Sequence record: SRR31156797_7069
Length of the DNA: 60,460 nt
Strand: one strand, 5' to 3'
The first letter of the stretch is position 1. Each line of letters opens with the position of its first letter. Below, in pieces: positions 1 through 12,255 of the stretch. The notes below the pieces were generated by a model. That model was not told where the DNA came from, ran no database searches, and saw nothing but the letters and a program-made list of their open reading frames with translations. Made by a program: the position numbers and the translations under genes.

Positions 1-102
1 ATTCGGAACACATTAAATAGGGTGATAACAATTCACTCAATAGAAGTAAGAAAACACTGACAATGTTCTAACCGGACTTATACAGTATGTTTATAAGTGT
101 AT

Positions 103-129
103 AAAAAAAGAGCACCTTACGGTGCTCTT
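103..129 (-). terminator. Rho-independent terminator of MCP-1
   Basis: Stem AAGAGCACC-TTAC-GGTGCTCTT with an A7 tract on + (U-tract on -), just past the stop at 151. Confidence 0.85.
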
Positions 130-150
130 CATGACATTTAAGTACGAGAA

Positions 151-1893
151 TTACTGAACTTTAAATTGACCAACAACCTGAGAAAGATCTTGCGATGTAC
201 CACCAAGCTCTCGACTGATGTTGTCCGTCTGAGATGCACTATCATTCAACTGACCAATGAGCGCCTGAATCGCAGCCATATTGCGGCTCACTTCCTCTGT
301 TACATGACTTTGCTGCTCTGCAGACGTTGCCATTAAAGTATTCAGATCGTTAATTTCAACGACTGATGATGTAACGGTGTTCAACGATTCCATCACCTGA
401 TGAGTACTAGTAGAGGTCGCTTCACAGCTTCTGCGAGTCGACTCCATCTTGTTCACCACATTGTTGGACGTACTGTTTAACTTAGAAAGCATATCGTTGA
501 TCTGCGCAGTACTTTGCTGAGTCCGAGCGGCTAATGCACGAACTTCATCGGCAACAACAGCAAAACCACGGCCCTGCTCTCCCGCACGAGCAGCTTCAAT
601 TGCAGCATTTAATGCCAGCAAGTTGGTTTGCTCTGCAATATCCCCGATAACCTGAAGTACAGTTCCGATCTGTTTAGTATCGTCATTCATCGCACTGATG
701 GTATGAGACATATCAGCCACATCCGATTCCAACGCGGTGACACTACTAACAGCTTCGTTAACCGTACGTTTTGAATCGTCCGCGTAAGAGTTAGTCAGCT
801 CGGTTAGCTTAGCGGCATCAGCAGCACTTTGTGCAATAGAGCCTGCTGTTGCGCTCATTTCATCAATAGCGGTAATGACCTGTTCGGTTTCTACAGTATG
901 ATCATTAAGCAACTTCAAGTTCGAGTCGGATTGTTCACTCAAGTGATTTACAGCCACATCAATTTTTGACGAGGAAGCGGAAACCTCGATAAACATCCCT
1001 TGTAGCTGTTCAATGAAACGGTTAATAGAATGAGAAATCTGACCGATTTCATCCTGCGAAGATACCGTTAAACGTTGCGTTAGGTCGCCATTACCCTGAG
1101 ACAGATCAGCAACGAGTTCTTTCAATCGAAGCAAAGGTTTAAACGCAACATGCAGCATTGCGATACTTAATGCGATGATAATTGCCCCACAGACTAACAA
1201 TGCCAGTGTGATCATCCAGTTCAGCTTATCGGTATTGGCTTGGATAATATCCAAATCAATAAAGCCATCTAGAGCCCAAGTTTGCCCAGCCAAATCGAAG
1301 GTTGTCGCCAGTTTAATGACATTATCACCAGTCTTGTCCGAGAAAATCGGTACCCCATTGGAAGAGATCAGCTCCATGTAGCTACCTGGTAAGGTATACG
1401 CTTCAAGAATCGGGGTTAAGCCTGACAAATTGTAAGTGAAAAAGTTGGCAGAACCGTCTCGGTGCTTGATTGAGATATTAATAGTTGGCTGGCCATCAAC
1501 CATGAACACTTCACTCACCGAAGGCTCTTCAGTCAGGCTTTTTGCCATTTCTATGTACTTCTGCGTTTCGTCGTTCTCTAACACAGCGCCTGTGTCATCA
1601 AAAGCGTAACTACTTGCTAAACGAACAATATGCGAAAACCCAGCAGATTCCTTCGCGGTGCCGATATCCATCATGTTGAACTTTAAGCTTCTTGCCAAAG
1701 ATAGCTTGCCGTGTAACTCACTCTCTAATTGATGATTAACCAACTCAATATTATGTTCTATCTTGGCGGTGTCCGATTCATAAATATAACTACTTATAAA
1801 ATGGTTAACACTTAAGAATGAGACAAAAATAGTGATAGCGATGATGGCAACGATTAGCGATACAATTTTGTTCTTAAAGGAGAAACTCTTCAT
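151..1893 (-). CDS. Methyl-accepting chemotaxis protein (MCP-1)
   Basis: Two TM helices, HAMP segment (GDLTQRL...DEIG), signalling motif [34 protein letters not shown]. Confidence 0.96.
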   Translation of the reverse strand: MKSFSFKNKIVSLIVAIIAITIFVSFLSVNHFISSYIYESDTAKIEHNIELVNHQLESELHGKLSLARSLKFNMMDIGTAKESAGFSHIVRLASSYAFDDTGAVLENDETQKYIEMAKSLTEEPSVSEVFMVDGQPTINISIKHRDGSANFFTYNLSGLTPILEAYTLPGSYMELISSNGVPIFSDKTGDNVIKLATTFDLAGQTWALDGFIDLDIIQANTDKLNWMITLALLVCGAIIIALSIAMLHVAFKPLLRLKELVADLSQGNGDLTQRLTVSSQDEIGQISHSINRFIEQLQGMFIEVSASSSKIDVAVNHLSEQSDSNLKLLNDHTVETEQVITAIDEMSATAGSIAQSAADAAKLTELTNSYADDSKRTVNEAVSSVTALESDVADMSHTISAMNDDTKQIGTVLQVIGDIAEQTNLLALNAAIEAARAGEQGRGFAVVADEVRALAARTQQSTAQINDMLSKLNSTSNNVVNKMESTRRSCEATSTSTHQVMESLNTVTSSVVEINDLNTLMATSAEQQSHVTEEVSRNMAAIQALIGQLNDSASQTDNISRELGGTSQDLSQVVGQFKVQ

Positions 1894-2252
1894 TAGTCTA
1901 CGCGTCCTTCACAGAGTTCTTAGCTACTGTCTTCGAGCAATACAGTAAGCTTGTGGTGAATAGAGTATTTCTTATATTGCGGGTTCTCAGTTAACTGCTT
2001 TATGACGCTTGGTTTCACCTCCATACCAAACGAGCTTTCTACACTTTGACTAAGCTACCTTTATTGTTATCAGAACATTGTATCCAAACTCGGTATGAAA
2101 CAATGAGGAGTAGTTCAAAATTGATCCTATGGCATGCGGTAAATGAGACTTTGATCAAGCTTTTAGGCTATGTTTGTCATTTTTTTTGGTACAGCATTTC
2201 ATTTTATCGAGTCGCTGTCTTGTTGAGCACTATGATAGTAGTGTTTAAAACG

Positions 2253-2280
2253 AAAAAACGAGCACTAGAAGGTGCTCGTT
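2253..2280 (-). terminator. Rho-independent terminator of MCP-2
   Basis: Stem AACGAGCAC-TAGAAG-GTGCTCGTT with an A6 tract; same GAGCAC/GTGCTC core as the MCP-1 terminator. Confidence 0.8.
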
Positions 2281-2306
2281 AGAAACGGGAAGATGGATAA
2301 AAGGAA

Positions 2307-4049
2307 TTAATGAACTTTAAACTGTCCTACGACTTGGGAAAGGTCTTGAGATGTGTGACCCAGCTCTCTACTAATACTATCCGTTTGCGAGGCACTGTCG
2401 TTCAACTGACCAATCAAAGCCTGAATTGCCGCCATATTGCGGCTAACCTCTTCAGTAACATGACTTTGCTGTTCAGCAGATGTTGCCATCAAGGTATTGA
2501 GATCATTAATTTCCACAACAGAAGCGGTGACGGTGTTTAATGACTCCATTACATGGTGGGTACTGCTTGACGTTGCCTCGCAGCTCTTACGCGTTATCTC
2601 CATCTTGCTCACAACCGTTTCTGACGTCGTGTTAAGCTTCGACAGCATCTCATTAATTTGCGCTGTGCTTTGCTGAGTCCGGGCAGCCAATGCTCGAACT
2701 TCATCCGCAACCACGGCAAAGCCTCGTCCTTGCTCACCAGCTCGCGCCGCTTCTATCGCAGCGTTGAGTGCTAACAGGTTGGTTTGTTCAGCGATATCAC
2801 CAATCACCTGAAGGACAGTACCAATCTGCTTGGTATCTTCATTCATCGCGCTAATGGTGTGTGACATCTCAGCGACATCCGATTCCAGAGCCGTTACACT
2901 GTTTACAGCTTTATTCACCGTTTGTTTAGACTCATCGGCATAACTATTGGTAAGTTCAGTCAACTTCGCTGCGTCCGCGGCACTTTGTGCAATGGAACCT
3001 GCGGTCGCACTCATCTCATCCACTGCCGTGATCACCTGCTCTGTTTCTATGGTATGCGAGTTCAGCATTTGAATATTGGACTCAGACTGCTGACTTAAGT
3101 CAGAGACAGCGACATCAATCTTAGTTGAAGAGTTCGATACTTCACTGAACATGCCCTGAAGCTGCTCAATAAAGCGGTTAATGGACGCCGATATTTGGCC
3201 AATTTCATCACTGGAAGCGACATTCAAACGTTGAGTCAAGTCGCCATTCCCTTGCGATAAATCAGCCACTAACTCTTTTAATTTCAACAACGGCTTAAAT
3301 GCGAAATGCAGCATCGTAACACTCAATGCAATAATAATTGCTGCGCTAATGAGCAGTGCTAGTGTTATCTTCCAGTTCAAACTGTCCGTATTGGCCTGAA
3401 TATTGTCCAGATCAATATAGCCATTCAGCGTCCATGTTTTACCATCAACGTTAAACTGGCTCGCGACAGGAATAACATTATCACTGGCTTTATCTGAGAA
3501 AATGGTCGTTTGGTTAGCGGAGACAAGCTCCATGTAACTTCCCGGCAAAGAGTAGTTGGTCAAAATATCCTTTAAATTACTGATATCAAGTGTGAAGAAG
3601 TTTGCCGAGCCATCGAATTTTTTGAGTGCAATACTAACTGTTGGTCTACCATCCACCATTTCAACACCACTCATTGTGGGCTCTTCGGTTAATGACTCAG
3701 CCAACTTCATATAAGTTTCAGTCTGCTCATCTTCTAGCGCATTAGCGGTATCGTCAAAAGCATAACCATTGGCCACCAAAACGATACTTGCAAACCCTGT
3801 TGACGCTTTGGTTTCCGCTATGTCCATCATGCTAAAGTTCAGGCTTTTTGTCAGAGCCAACTTTTCCTGCAGTTCTTTTTCAACCTGAGCAGTGACTAAC
3901 TCGATATTGTGTTTGATTCTTGCCGTGTCATTTTCATAGATGTAACTACTAATAAAGTGATTCACACTCATGTAAGAAACGAAAATAGTGACCGCAATGA
4001 TGGTAGCAATAAGCGCTATTATTTTGTGTTTAAAGGAAAGGTGGTTCAT
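2307..4049 (-). CDS. Methyl-accepting chemotaxis protein (MCP-2), tandem paralog of MCP-1
   Basis: Same 580-aa length and architecture; signalling domain nearly identical to MCP-1. Confidence 0.96.
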   Translation of the reverse strand: MNHLSFKHKIIALIATIIAVTIFVSYMSVNHFISSYIYENDTARIKHNIELVTAQVEKELQEKLALTKSLNFSMMDIAETKASTGFASIVLVANGYAFDDTANALEDEQTETYMKLAESLTEEPTMSGVEMVDGRPTVSIALKKFDGSANFFTLDISNLKDILTNYSLPGSYMELVSANQTTIFSDKASDNVIPVASQFNVDGKTWTLNGYIDLDNIQANTDSLNWKITLALLISAAIIIALSVTMLHFAFKPLLKLKELVADLSQGNGDLTQRLNVASSDEIGQISASINRFIEQLQGMFSEVSNSSTKIDVAVSDLSQQSESNIQMLNSHTIETEQVITAVDEMSATAGSIAQSAADAAKLTELTNSYADESKQTVNKAVNSVTALESDVAEMSHTISAMNEDTKQIGTVLQVIGDIAEQTNLLALNAAIEAARAGEQGRGFAVVADEVRALAARTQQSTAQINEMLSKLNTTSETVVSKMEITRKSCEATSSSTHHVMESLNTVTASVVEINDLNTLMATSAEQQSHVTEEVSRNMAAIQALIGQLNDSASQTDSISRELGHTSQDLSQVVGQFKVH

Positions 4050-4269
4050 TTATGTTTGTATCCCTACTACACCAATGATTAGTAGCTTAAATCTATAGCG
4101 GACTCTCGGTTACTAATCACAAATGATTTTATTGTTAGTTTTGTTAGTCGATTGTAACATCAAACCTAAGTCATAATTAATAGCATTATTAATACAAATA
4201 GAACCGCATTCGGATTATTGTTCTGAAAAATCATTCAACTGAACAAATAACAAACAATATAGTGTCATA

Positions 4270-5112
4270 TTATATTTTGCTAAGGCTTAAATCGGAGGCT
4301 AGACTTCGCCACTCTGTAACGGTCTGTTTGAAATGTTTAACCTGCTGAGTAGTGGATAGATGGACAATTTTCACTATGTACTCGTTTGAGGTTTGTTGAT
4401 TATAGTTAAGCTTGGCTTTTAATACCGGACTATAAAAATCTTCTTGCGAAAATAGCAGCTTATCTAAATGCTGATTAAACGCTTCTTGATTAGTGCGCTG
4501 GCCTAATAAGGCGTAGATCTCTGCTCTGAGTTGTGATTGATAAGCAACCCAGTCTTGTGTGGTAATTTGCAGAGCTTGCGCCCATTGTGCGACTAGCTGT
4601 TTCTGTTCTGAGGTTAACTCTCCCAGCCATTGCTCCATTCGTTCAGTCATTCTTTGTTGATACTTGGCTCTGGTTTCACTTTCACTCAGATCAGCGTATT
4701 TGTCTGCGTATTTCTGGTGTCGCTCTTCAACTCCGAGCATGAATTCATCGACTTGCTGTTGTGACAAATCACTGGCTAACAGATAGATACTTGGGAAAAT
4801 TTGCGATACCAAGCTTTGATAGTGCGCCTGAATCCAATCCCTATGGTGCTCAAGCTGCTCTACGCTCAGGGTCGTCGGATCCATCGCCAACAACTGATCA
4901 AATTGGACGATATAGTTGTTCAGTTCTTCACTTTGGTGCCAATGACTCAGCATGTCTATTTGCTTTTTAACTAAGCTTTCCTGGTCATCAGTCAAAGTCA
5001 CGTAATCTTCTAAGTAGTCCGTGATAAACCAGTCCATATTGTGGTAAACAAATTTTGCACCACAACCCGCCAGTAAACTCACCATCAGCAATATTGAGAT
5101 CCATTTTCTCAT
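4270..5112 (-). CDS. Lipoprotein, DUF6279-like
   Basis: Lipobox LLAGC followed by FVYHNMDWFI...YLEDYVTL; helical body. Confidence 0.7.
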   Translation of the reverse strand: MRKWISILLMVSLLAGCGAKFVYHNMDWFITDYLEDYVTLTDDQESLVKKQIDMLSHWHQSEELNNYIVQFDQLLAMDPTTLSVEQLEHHRDWIQAHYQSLVSQIFPSIYLLASDLSQQQVDEFMLGVEERHQKYADKYADLSESETRAKYQQRMTERMEQWLGELTSEQKQLVAQWAQALQITTQDWVAYQSQLRAEIYALLGQRTNQEAFNQHLDKLLFSQEDFYSPVLKAKLNYNQQTSNEYIVKIVHLSTTQQVKHFKQTVTEWRSLASDLSLSKI

Positions 5113-5355
5113 GACAACTTCCTTTAATGCTCAGCTTTAACCATAGCCAACGATTCAATCAACGAAAACGCATACCACTGTAATATTTCTAATCGCTAAC
5201 GATGAATTTGAACCATAAATTAACCCGTTAGCGATACTGTTTCCAAGGGATGAGAGTATGATCAATACTAATTGGTACGTTGTAAGATAATCTAACTGAC
5301 TGTCATTAATGCTGAAACCAGCTCAGTCATACTCTCAATATCCATAAGTGAAAAT

Positions 5356-6456
5356 ATGCAATTACACGAACAGCTAGCACAACGAATTGTGGATCGCGCA
5401 CAGAAAATCATCAAGTATCCATTAAACGTTATGGATGAGACCGGCATTATCATCGCATCGACAAACCCAGCACGTAAGTATCAAAAACACGGCGGCGCAG
5501 TGCTTGCGTTGAGCGAGCTAAAACCAATTGAGATCTCTGAAGGAATGTTACCTGAGTTCCCCCATGTAAAGCCGGGCGTTAACTTACCAATCATCTTCAA
5601 TCAGGAACCGATCGGCGTTATCGGTATATCCGGTCCCCTGGAAGAAGTTCGCCCGTTTGGTGAAATGGTTAGAATGGCCGCGGAAATGGTGGTCGAATAT
5701 ACATCCATGCTCGAGATGACGCGCTGGAGTGAACGTAAGCTTGAAGAACTGCTGTTAGAGTGCATTGACCCTAATGCCTCTCAAGAACACATCACCAACA
5801 TGGCAGCTCAGCTGAAAGTCGACATCTTCAATCATCACGCTATCTGCATGATTGAAGTGGAAAATTCAGCGGACCAAAAAGAAGTAGTTAGAGTGCTTAA
5901 TGCCTGGTCTAGAAAACGCTTAAGAGCCGAATACTCTTACAAAACCAATTTGATTTTATTAAATGTAACCGAAAAAGAAAAAGCAGACGACGCAACCATT
6001 GATGATTGGCGAAGCATCACCAGCTACCTGTCTGAATCACTCAAAGTTAATTTCCACTGTGCTATTGGCGCGGTTTACAGTGATCCGCAGAATCTTCACT
6101 ACGCATTTGAAAGTGCGATGGCGACGATGAAAGCTGGTCAAAGGTTAAGTCCAGAGCAGAAGTTTTATCCTTTTGAACAATACGAGCTGCCTGCGTTGTT
6201 TGAGGGAAGCTTAACTCGATGGCAACGAGATAAGCTATCCACTCATGTTCAACAATTAGAGCTGACAGACCCAACACTGATCAATACGATGCTATGCTGG
6301 TTTGAAAATAGCTGTGATATAAAAAAAACATCCAACGTTCTATATGTTCACCCTAACACACTGCGTTACCGTATGAAGAGGGTGGAAGAGATATGTAATA
6401 TTGATTTGCACAATTTTAGAGACATGTGCAGATTGTATTTTAGTTTGATTCTATAA
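5356..6456 (+). CDS. cdaR: Sugar diacid utilization regulator CdaR (PucR family)
   Basis: N-terminal diacid-recognition domain (LAQRIVDRA...NVMDETGIIIAS...GVNLPI), C-terminal HTH (LYVHPNTLRYR); adjacent to gar genes. Confidence 0.9.
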   Translation: MQLHEQLAQRIVDRAQKIIKYPLNVMDETGIIIASTNPARKYQKHGGAVLALSELKPIEISEGMLPEFPHVKPGVNLPIIFNQEPIGVIGISGPLEEVRPFGEMVRMAAEMVVEYTSMLEMTRWSERKLEELLLECIDPNASQEHITNMAAQLKVDIFNHHAICMIEVENSADQKEVVRVLNAWSRKRLRAEYSYKTNLILLNVTEKEKADDATIDDWRSITSYLSESLKVNFHCAIGAVYSDPQNLHYAFESAMATMKAGQRLSPEQKFYPFEQYELPALFEGSLTRWQRDKLSTHVQQLELTDPTLINTMLCWFENSCDIKKTSNVLYVHPNTLRYRMKRVEEICNIDLHNFRDMCRLYFSLIL

Positions 6457-7596
6457 GGCTAAAATTCGACCAAGATTAATAGCAGAAGCAATATTGTAAG
6501 AACTTCTTATCACATTTGCTTTTGCTTCCTTTTTGATCTCTTCAAACGTCGTTATTTTATAAACAGAGTCAAAAGCACAATCAATTCCATGCTCGTACAC
6601 TTGTTCAATGTCATCGCCTAATGCACCGGCAATAGCGACAACAGGTAACTGATACTTCTTGGCAATTTTAGCGACACCCACCGGCACTTTACCGTTCACA
6701 CTCTGGCTGTCTAATCGACCTTCACCCGTAATGACAAAGTTGGCGTCTTTAACTAATTCTTCTAGACCAACCGCGTGCGTCATGATGTCGATACCAGGTT
6801 TTAATTCAGCACCCAAAAATCCGTAGAATGCAGCGCCCATACCACCAGCGGCTCCGGCTCCAGGGATATGATCGATATCTTTGCTGAGATCTTGTTTGAC
6901 GATTTTTGCAAAATGAGTCAGTGCGGCATCTAACCGTTTCACCATTTCTGGTGTTGCACCCTTTTGTGGGCCATAAATATACGATGCGCCATTCTTACCC
7001 GTTAGCGGGTTAGTTACGTCGCAAGCGACTTCAATGTGACACTCAGCTAAACGACTATCTAGACCACTAACATCAATATGTGCTAATTGCTCTAGCGCTA
7101 GTCCGCCATAACCTAATTCTTCGCCCTGCGCGTCTTTATACGAAACGCCCAATGCTTGCATCATTCCGCTGCCTGCATCGTTGGTTGCACTGCCACCAAT
7201 ACAGATAATCATATGACGAATACCTTGGCTCAATGCATGATCAATGAGTTGACCTGTGCCGTAAGTTGTTGCTTTGTATGGGTCACGATCTTCAGGATCA
7301 ATAAGTTCGATACCACTGGCCGCAGCCATTTCAATAAAGGCCGTCTTCTTGTCACCAGATACCCCGTAAAAGGCTTCATGATGGTCACCTAACGGACCAA
7401 TCACATCGGTATGAACCATTTCGCCACCAGACGCATCTACCAAAGCTTCTACAGAGCCTTCACCGCCATCAGCAACCGGACATTTCACATATTGGTAATC
7501 TGGAAATACTTTCTTAAATCCTGATTCGATGGCCTCAGCGACTTCACTCGCGCTTAGGCTCTCTTTGTACGAATCTGGTGCGATTACAATTTTCAT
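6451..7596 (-). CDS. garK: Glycerate kinase
   Basis: MKIVIAPDSYKESL, PVADGGEG, GGSATND, TGEGRLD motifs; ATG at 7596 chosen. Confidence 0.93.
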   Translation of the reverse strand: MKIVIAPDSYKESLSASEVAEAIESGFKKVFPDYQYVKCPVADGGEGSVEALVDASGGEMVHTDVIGPLGDHHEAFYGVSGDKKTAFIEMAAASGIELIDPEDRDPYKATTYGTGQLIDHALSQGIRHMIICIGGSATNDAGSGMMQALGVSYKDAQGEELGYGGLALEQLAHIDVSGLDSRLAECHIEVACDVTNPLTGKNGASYIYGPQKGATPEMVKRLDAALTHFAKIVKQDLSKDIDHIPGAGAAGGMGAAFYGFLGAELKPGIDIMTHAVGLEELVKDANFVITGEGRLDSQSVNGKVPVGVAKIAKKYQLPVVAIAGALGDDIEQVYEHGIDCAFDSVYKITTFEEIKKEAKANVIRSSYNIASAINLGRILAL

Positions 7597-7614
7597 CAAT
7601 AGACACCACTCGGT

Positions 7615-7656
7615 AAAAAGAAAAAGAAGCAGCAGGCTCCCTACAAACCTGCTGCT
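7615..7656 (-). terminator. Intra-operon hairpin/terminator between garR and garK
   Basis: AGCAGCAGG...CCTGCTGCT stem followed on - by UCUUUUUCUUUUU. Confidence 0.6.
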
Positions 7657-7663
7657 AAGCTAA

Positions 7664-8548
7664 TTAGCTTTGGATAGTTACCTTAGCTAGTTTTTCGTAG
7701 TGCAGAGCAAGAGCACTGTGGTCTTTCGTTTCCAGACCATCAGCTTTAAGCGCTTGCATCATTTCCATTACTTGTGCAGTAAGTGGCAGTTGAGCACCCA
7801 CGCCGTGCGAAGTGTCTAGAGCATTTGCAAGGTCTTTGATGTGTAGATCAATACGGAAACCTGGCTCAAAGTTACGGTTAAGAACCATTGGTGCTTTCGC
7901 ATCCAGAACCGTACTACCAGCTAAGCCTCCACGGATTGCTTGGTAAACCAACTCAGGATCGACACCTGCTTTTGTTGCTAAAGCCAGTGCTTCAGACATT
8001 GCAGCAATATTAAGTGCAACGATTACCTGGTTAGCCAATTTCGTTACGTTACCCGCACCGATGTCACCCGTGTGTACCACAGAACCCGCCATCGCTTTCA
8101 TTACGTCGTAGTACTTATCAAAGACTTCTTTATCACCACCAACCATCACAGAAAGTGTGCCGTCAACTGCTTTTGGCTCACCACCACTTACAGGAGCGTC
8201 CAACATTTTCACGCCTTTCTCGGCCAATCCTTTTTCGATCTCTTGGCTAGCCAGAGGAGCGATAGAGCTCATGTCGATAAAGACAAGACCTTCTTTAGCG
8301 CCATCTGCCAGACCATTCTCACCCAGAGCGACTTCTTTAACGTGTGGAGAGTTAGGTAGCATTGTGATCACAACATCACACATCTCTGCTACTGCTTTAG
8401 GCGAAGTTGCTGATTCTGCACCTGCATCCGTTAATTCTTTTACCGCGACTTCGTTGCGGTCTAGTACAACTAATGAATAACCTGCTTTAAGTAGGTTTTT
8501 ACTCATTGGTTTGCCCATGATGCCTAGGCCAATAAATCCGATTTTCAT
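7664..8548 (-). CDS. garR: 2-hydroxy-3-oxopropionate (tartronate semialdehyde) reductase
   Basis: MKIGFIGLGIMGKPMSKNL, DAPVSGGEP, KLANQVIVALNI; closely resembles enterobacterial GarR. Confidence 0.95.
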   Translation of the reverse strand: MKIGFIGLGIMGKPMSKNLLKAGYSLVVLDRNEVAVKELTDAGAESATSPKAVAEMCDVVITMLPNSPHVKEVALGENGLADGAKEGLVFIDMSSIAPLASQEIEKGLAEKGVKMLDAPVSGGEPKAVDGTLSVMVGGDKEVFDKYYDVMKAMAGSVVHTGDIGAGNVTKLANQVIVALNIAAMSEALALATKAGVDPELVYQAIRGGLAGSTVLDAKAPMVLNRNFEPGFRIDLHIKDLANALDTSHGVGAQLPLTAQVMEMMQALKADGLETKDHSALALHYEKLAKVTIQS

Positions 8549-8566
8549 AACTATTCCTCTTCGCCC

Positions 8567-9340
8567 TTATTCACTAAGAAATTTTTGACACAATGCCTGT
8601 GTCGCTGCTTTAAACACACCTAAGTCACTACCAACTGCGACTAGGTTCGCACCCCACTCAAGGTAACGCTCTGCGTCCGCTTGAACCGGTGCTAAAATTC
8701 CGACGGTTTTGCCTACTGCTTGTGCTTTATCAAACACCGTTTTGATGGCTGCTTGTACATCAGGATGACCAGCATTACCTAAGTGGCCAAGCGCGGCTGC
8801 CAGATCACTTGGGCCTACAAATACACCGTCGATACCATCAACAGCTAGGATGTCATCAAGGTTATCCAGACCATCTTGGCTTTCGATTTGTACTACGACA
8901 CAAATGTTCTCGTTGATGTTTTGGAAGTAATCTGTAATCGTTCCGTAAGCATTGCTTCGGTGACCAACAGATACGCCACGCGTACCTTCTGGTGGGTAAC
9001 GAGTCGCTGATACTGCTTGCTCTGCTTCTTCTTTTGTTTCAACAAAAGGCACGATGAAGTTGTAGAAACCAATATCCAATAAACGCTTCAGTACAATAGG
9101 ATCATTCACTGGCGGACGAACTACCGGTACGCTACGGCTATCTTTCAATGCCATTAGCTGTGGAATGAATGTTTGTACATCGTTTGGCGCGTGTTCGCCG
9201 TCCAGCAGGATGAAATCAAACCCTGCTAAACCAAGAATTTCCGTGGTAATTGGGCTAGCCAAAGCACTCCAACAACCAATACGTTTTTCTTGATTGATCA
9301 TTGCGCGTCTAAAGTGATTTGGATAAATGTTTTCATTCAT
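8567..9340 (-). CDS. garL: 5-keto-4-deoxy-D-glucarate aldolase
   Basis: HpcH/HpaI aldolase motifs [29 protein letters not shown]. Confidence 0.95.
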   Translation of the reverse strand: MNENIYPNHFRRAMINQEKRIGCWSALASPITTEILGLAGFDFILLDGEHAPNDVQTFIPQLMALKDSRSVPVVRPPVNDPIVLKRLLDIGFYNFIVPFVETKEEAEQAVSATRYPPEGTRGVSVGHRSNAYGTITDYFQNINENICVVVQIESQDGLDNLDDILAVDGIDGVFVGPSDLAAALGHLGNAGHPDVQAAIKTVFDKAQAVGKTVGILAPVQADAERYLEWGANLVAVGSDLGVFKAATQALCQKFLSE

Positions 9341-9361
9341 GTAGTTTTCCTCTACCTGCGC

Positions 9362-10702
9362 TTATCGAACCAAGCACGGTCTTTTGTTGTCGAATTTCCA
9401 ATCAGGGATCAGGTACTGCATACCGATGGAATCATCACGTCCACCCAACCCCATGTTATTATAAAGCTCATGCGCTTTTTCAACTTGAGCCATATCGATT
9501 TCGATACCCAAACCAGGTTTGTCCGGTACCGTGATAAAGCCACCATTTATTTGTAATGGCTCTTTTGTTAAACGTTGATTACCTTCCTGCCAGATCCAAT
9601 GCGTATCTAAAGCATTAATTTCTCCAGGTGCGGCGGCGGCAACTTGGGTAAACATCGCCAAAGAAATATCAAAATGCGTATTGGAATGAGAACCCCAAGT
9701 CAGCCCCCAGTCGTGACATAACTGCGCGACGCGAACAGAACCTTCCATCGTCCAAAAGTGCGGGTCTGCCAAAGGAATGTCGACCGCTTTGGTCGCTATC
9801 GAATGTCCGAACTGCCGCCAGTCACTGACAACCATATTGGTTGCCGTAGGTAACCCGGTTGCCGAGCGAAATTCAGCCATCACTTCTCGACCGGAATAAC
9901 CTGGCTCTTCGCCACACGGGTCTTCTGCATAAGCCAACACATCTTTCAGACTTTTTCCGATTCGAATGGCTTCTTCTAAGCTCCAGGAACCATTCGGATC
10001 GATCGTCATACGGGCTTGCGGAAATCGATAGGCTAATGCCATCATCACATCGGCTTCTTCATCCGGGCGTAACACACCGCCTTTTAACTTGAAGTTGTTA
10101 AATCCGTATTTTTCGTAACACGCTTCTGCTAAACGAACAATTTCATCCGCAGATAGTGCCTCTTCATGACGAATGCGATACCAGTCGCAGCTGTTATTTG
10201 GCTGACTCTGATACGGCAAATCTGTTTGATTTCGGTCACCAATAAAAAACAGGTAGCCCAACATTTCTACTTTGTTTCGCTGCTGTCCTTCCCCCAGAAG
10301 TGAAGCAACGGACACATTGAGTAACTGCCCCATTAAATCCAACATTGCAGATTCAATGGCGGTAATCGCATGGACAGTGGTTCGCAAATCAAAAGTCTGT
10401 AAACCACGTCCATTTTGGTCGCGCTCGGCATAAGCCTCGCGCACTTGATTCATAATGTTTTTGTATTCACCAATACTGCGGCCAACAACAAAACCTTTTG
10501 AATCTTCCAACGTCTTACGAATGTCTTCTCCTCCAGGAACTTCACCTAAACCGATGTTTCCTGAGTTGTCCTGCATGATTACGATATTGCGAGTGAAGTA
10601 AGGGGCGTGTGCTCCGCTTAGATTCAGTAGCATGCTGTCATACCCAGCGACTGGGATAACTCTCATACTCTCAACAATGGGCATAAAACTAGCAGGACTC
10701 AT
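9362..10702 (-). CDS. gudD: D-glucarate dehydratase (copy 1)
   Basis: Enolase-superfamily motifs [36 protein letters not shown] loop is GudD-type. Confidence 0.9.
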   Translation of the reverse strand: MSPASFMPIVESMRVIPVAGYDSMLLNLSGAHAPYFTRNIVIMQDNSGNIGLGEVPGGEDIRKTLEDSKGFVVGRSIGEYKNIMNQVREAYAERDQNGRGLQTFDLRTTVHAITAIESAMLDLMGQLLNVSVASLLGEGQQRNKVEMLGYLFFIGDRNQTDLPYQSQPNNSCDWYRIRHEEALSADEIVRLAEACYEKYGFNNFKLKGGVLRPDEEADVMMALAYRFPQARMTIDPNGSWSLEEAIRIGKSLKDVLAYAEDPCGEEPGYSGREVMAEFRSATGLPTATNMVVSDWRQFGHSIATKAVDIPLADPHFWTMEGSVRVAQLCHDWGLTWGSHSNTHFDISLAMFTQVAAAAPGEINALDTHWIWQEGNQRLTKEPLQINGGFITVPDKPGLGIEIDMAQVEKAHELYNNMGLGGRDDSIGMQYLIPDWKFDNKRPCLVR

Positions 10703-10717
10703 CGTATTTCCCTTCGA

Positions 10718-12211
10718 TTACGCTTTCTTTTTAGATTTAAATACTGAGCGAATAGAGAACGCTACTGATGCAAAGATGATGACCCACAGTACCGCTGCAA
10801 TCGGGCTCTTAGTAAAGAAGATCGACATATCACCGTAAGATTCAAGACTCTTAACAAAGTACACTTCTGCTGATTTACCAAGGATGAAGCCGATAATGAA
10901 TGGAACAACTTCCAGCCCAATCTTCGGTGCCAGCACACCAAACAAGCCGAACAGTAACAGAGTCCAAACATCAAACATCACGCCGTAGTTGATTGCGTAA
11001 GCACCAATCACACACATCATGACGATGATTGGGTACAGGATGTATTTAGGAATCAGAACCACTTTCGCAACATAACGGATAGCAAAGAACATGATTGCGA
11101 ACATCACAAAGTTAGCGAAGAACAGTGAGATGATCATGAAGTCCCATGTTTCCAGGTTTTCATTGATGAACAATGGACCAACCTGAATACCTTGCAAGGT
11201 GAATGCACCAATCAAAACAGCCGTTGTGGAGTCACCTGGAATACCCAGCGACAGGAGTGGAATCAGTGCACCACCAGTCAAACCGTTGTTTGCTGATTCA
11301 GAGGTAATGATACCTTCTGGTGCACCTTTACCCATTTGGTCAGCGTTTTTAGAGATATTCTTTTGTTGTGTGTAAGCAAGGACCGAAGCCGCGCTACCAC
11401 CAATACCAGGTAACATACCCACGAACGTACCGATTGAGCTAGAGCGGAACATATTAAAGAACTGCCCTTTGAATACTGAGAAGCTGAACTTCTCTTTGGT
11501 ATCCAGCTTGATCATTTCGCTGGTGACGTCTTCATCATTCTTCTTATTTACACAAGCGACGATGATTGTTGCCAAACCGAACATACCAATAAGTACAGGT
11601 AGCAATGAGAAGCCAAAGCTTAGTTGATCTTCTAGTGCCTCAGGCATCAAACGGTACTCACCGTTACCACCTACTGAAATATCATAGGCACCAATTAGCG
11701 AAACAAGTACACCTAGCAGGCCACTAAAGATACCCATTAGCATATTTTTTGACAGCGATGAAATCACCGTCAACGCTAAAAAGATAAGTAGGAATTTCTC
11801 AACTGTAGAGAACTTAATCGCAAAGTTGGCTAGGAAAGGTGCAAAGAAATAAAGAACTAGCGCACTGAACACACCACCAAACAGCGATGAAACCACCGCA
11901 ATTTTTAACGCCTGCTCACCTTGCCCTCGTTGTGCCATGGGATAGCCGTCAAACGTCGTTGTGATTGACGATGGTGTACCCGGAATTTTCAGCAGAATTG
12001 CTGGTACCAGACCACCTGAGATACCACCAACATAAAGACCCAAAAGAAGAGCTAGGCCATCTGTAAGACCGAGTGAGTAAGTTAAAGGCAGACATACAGC
12101 AACAGCCAGTGTTGCAGTCATACCCGGTATTGCACCGAAGATAATACCTATTAATACGCCAATTGAACTTAGCAAAAACATATTAATAGACAAATGTGAT
12201 AATAATTCCAT
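10718..12211 (-). CDS. tctA: Tripartite tricarboxylate transporter large permease TctA
   Basis: GAIPGMTA, PGTPSS, DGYPMA, ESANN, LGIPGD, GPL signatures; ATG 12211 preferred over TTG 12229. Confidence 0.93.
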   Translation of the reverse strand: MELLSHLSINMFLLSSIGVLIGIIFGAIPGMTATLAVAVCLPLTYSLGLTDGLALLLGLYVGGISGGLVPAILLKIPGTPSSITTTFDGYPMAQRGQGEQALKIAVVSSLFGGVFSALVLYFFAPFLANFAIKFSTVEKFLLIFLALTVISSLSKNMLMGIFSGLLGVLVSLIGAYDISVGGNGEYRLMPEALEDQLSFGFSLLPVLIGMFGLATIIVACVNKKNDEDVTSEMIKLDTKEKFSFSVFKGQFFNMFRSSSIGTFVGMLPGIGGSAASVLAYTQQKNISKNADQMGKGAPEGIITSESANNGLTGGALIPLLSLGIPGDSTTAVLIGAFTLQGIQVGPLFINENLETWDFMIISLFFANFVMFAIMFFAIRYVAKVVLIPKYILYPIIVMMCVIGAYAINYGVMFDVWTLLLFGLFGVLAPKIGLEVVPFIIGFILGKSAEVYFVKSLESYGDMSIFFTKSPIAAVLWVIIFASVAFSIRSVFKSKKKA

Positions 12212-12255
12212 AACAGGTTCCACATTCAAGTTAAATTGAAAATTAAAATATTATT

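Noticed and set aside
1894-2250. c-di-GMP riboswitch or sigma28 promoter upstream of MCP-1, and ORF 2046-2282
   Set aside because: No GEMM motif; only a weak TAAAG-N14-CCCGCAAT match; the ORF has a TTG start and no recognisable features
9362-10702. gudX assignment
   Set aside because: The loop [11 protein letters not shown] and C-terminus KRPCLVR are GudD-type, not GudX-type
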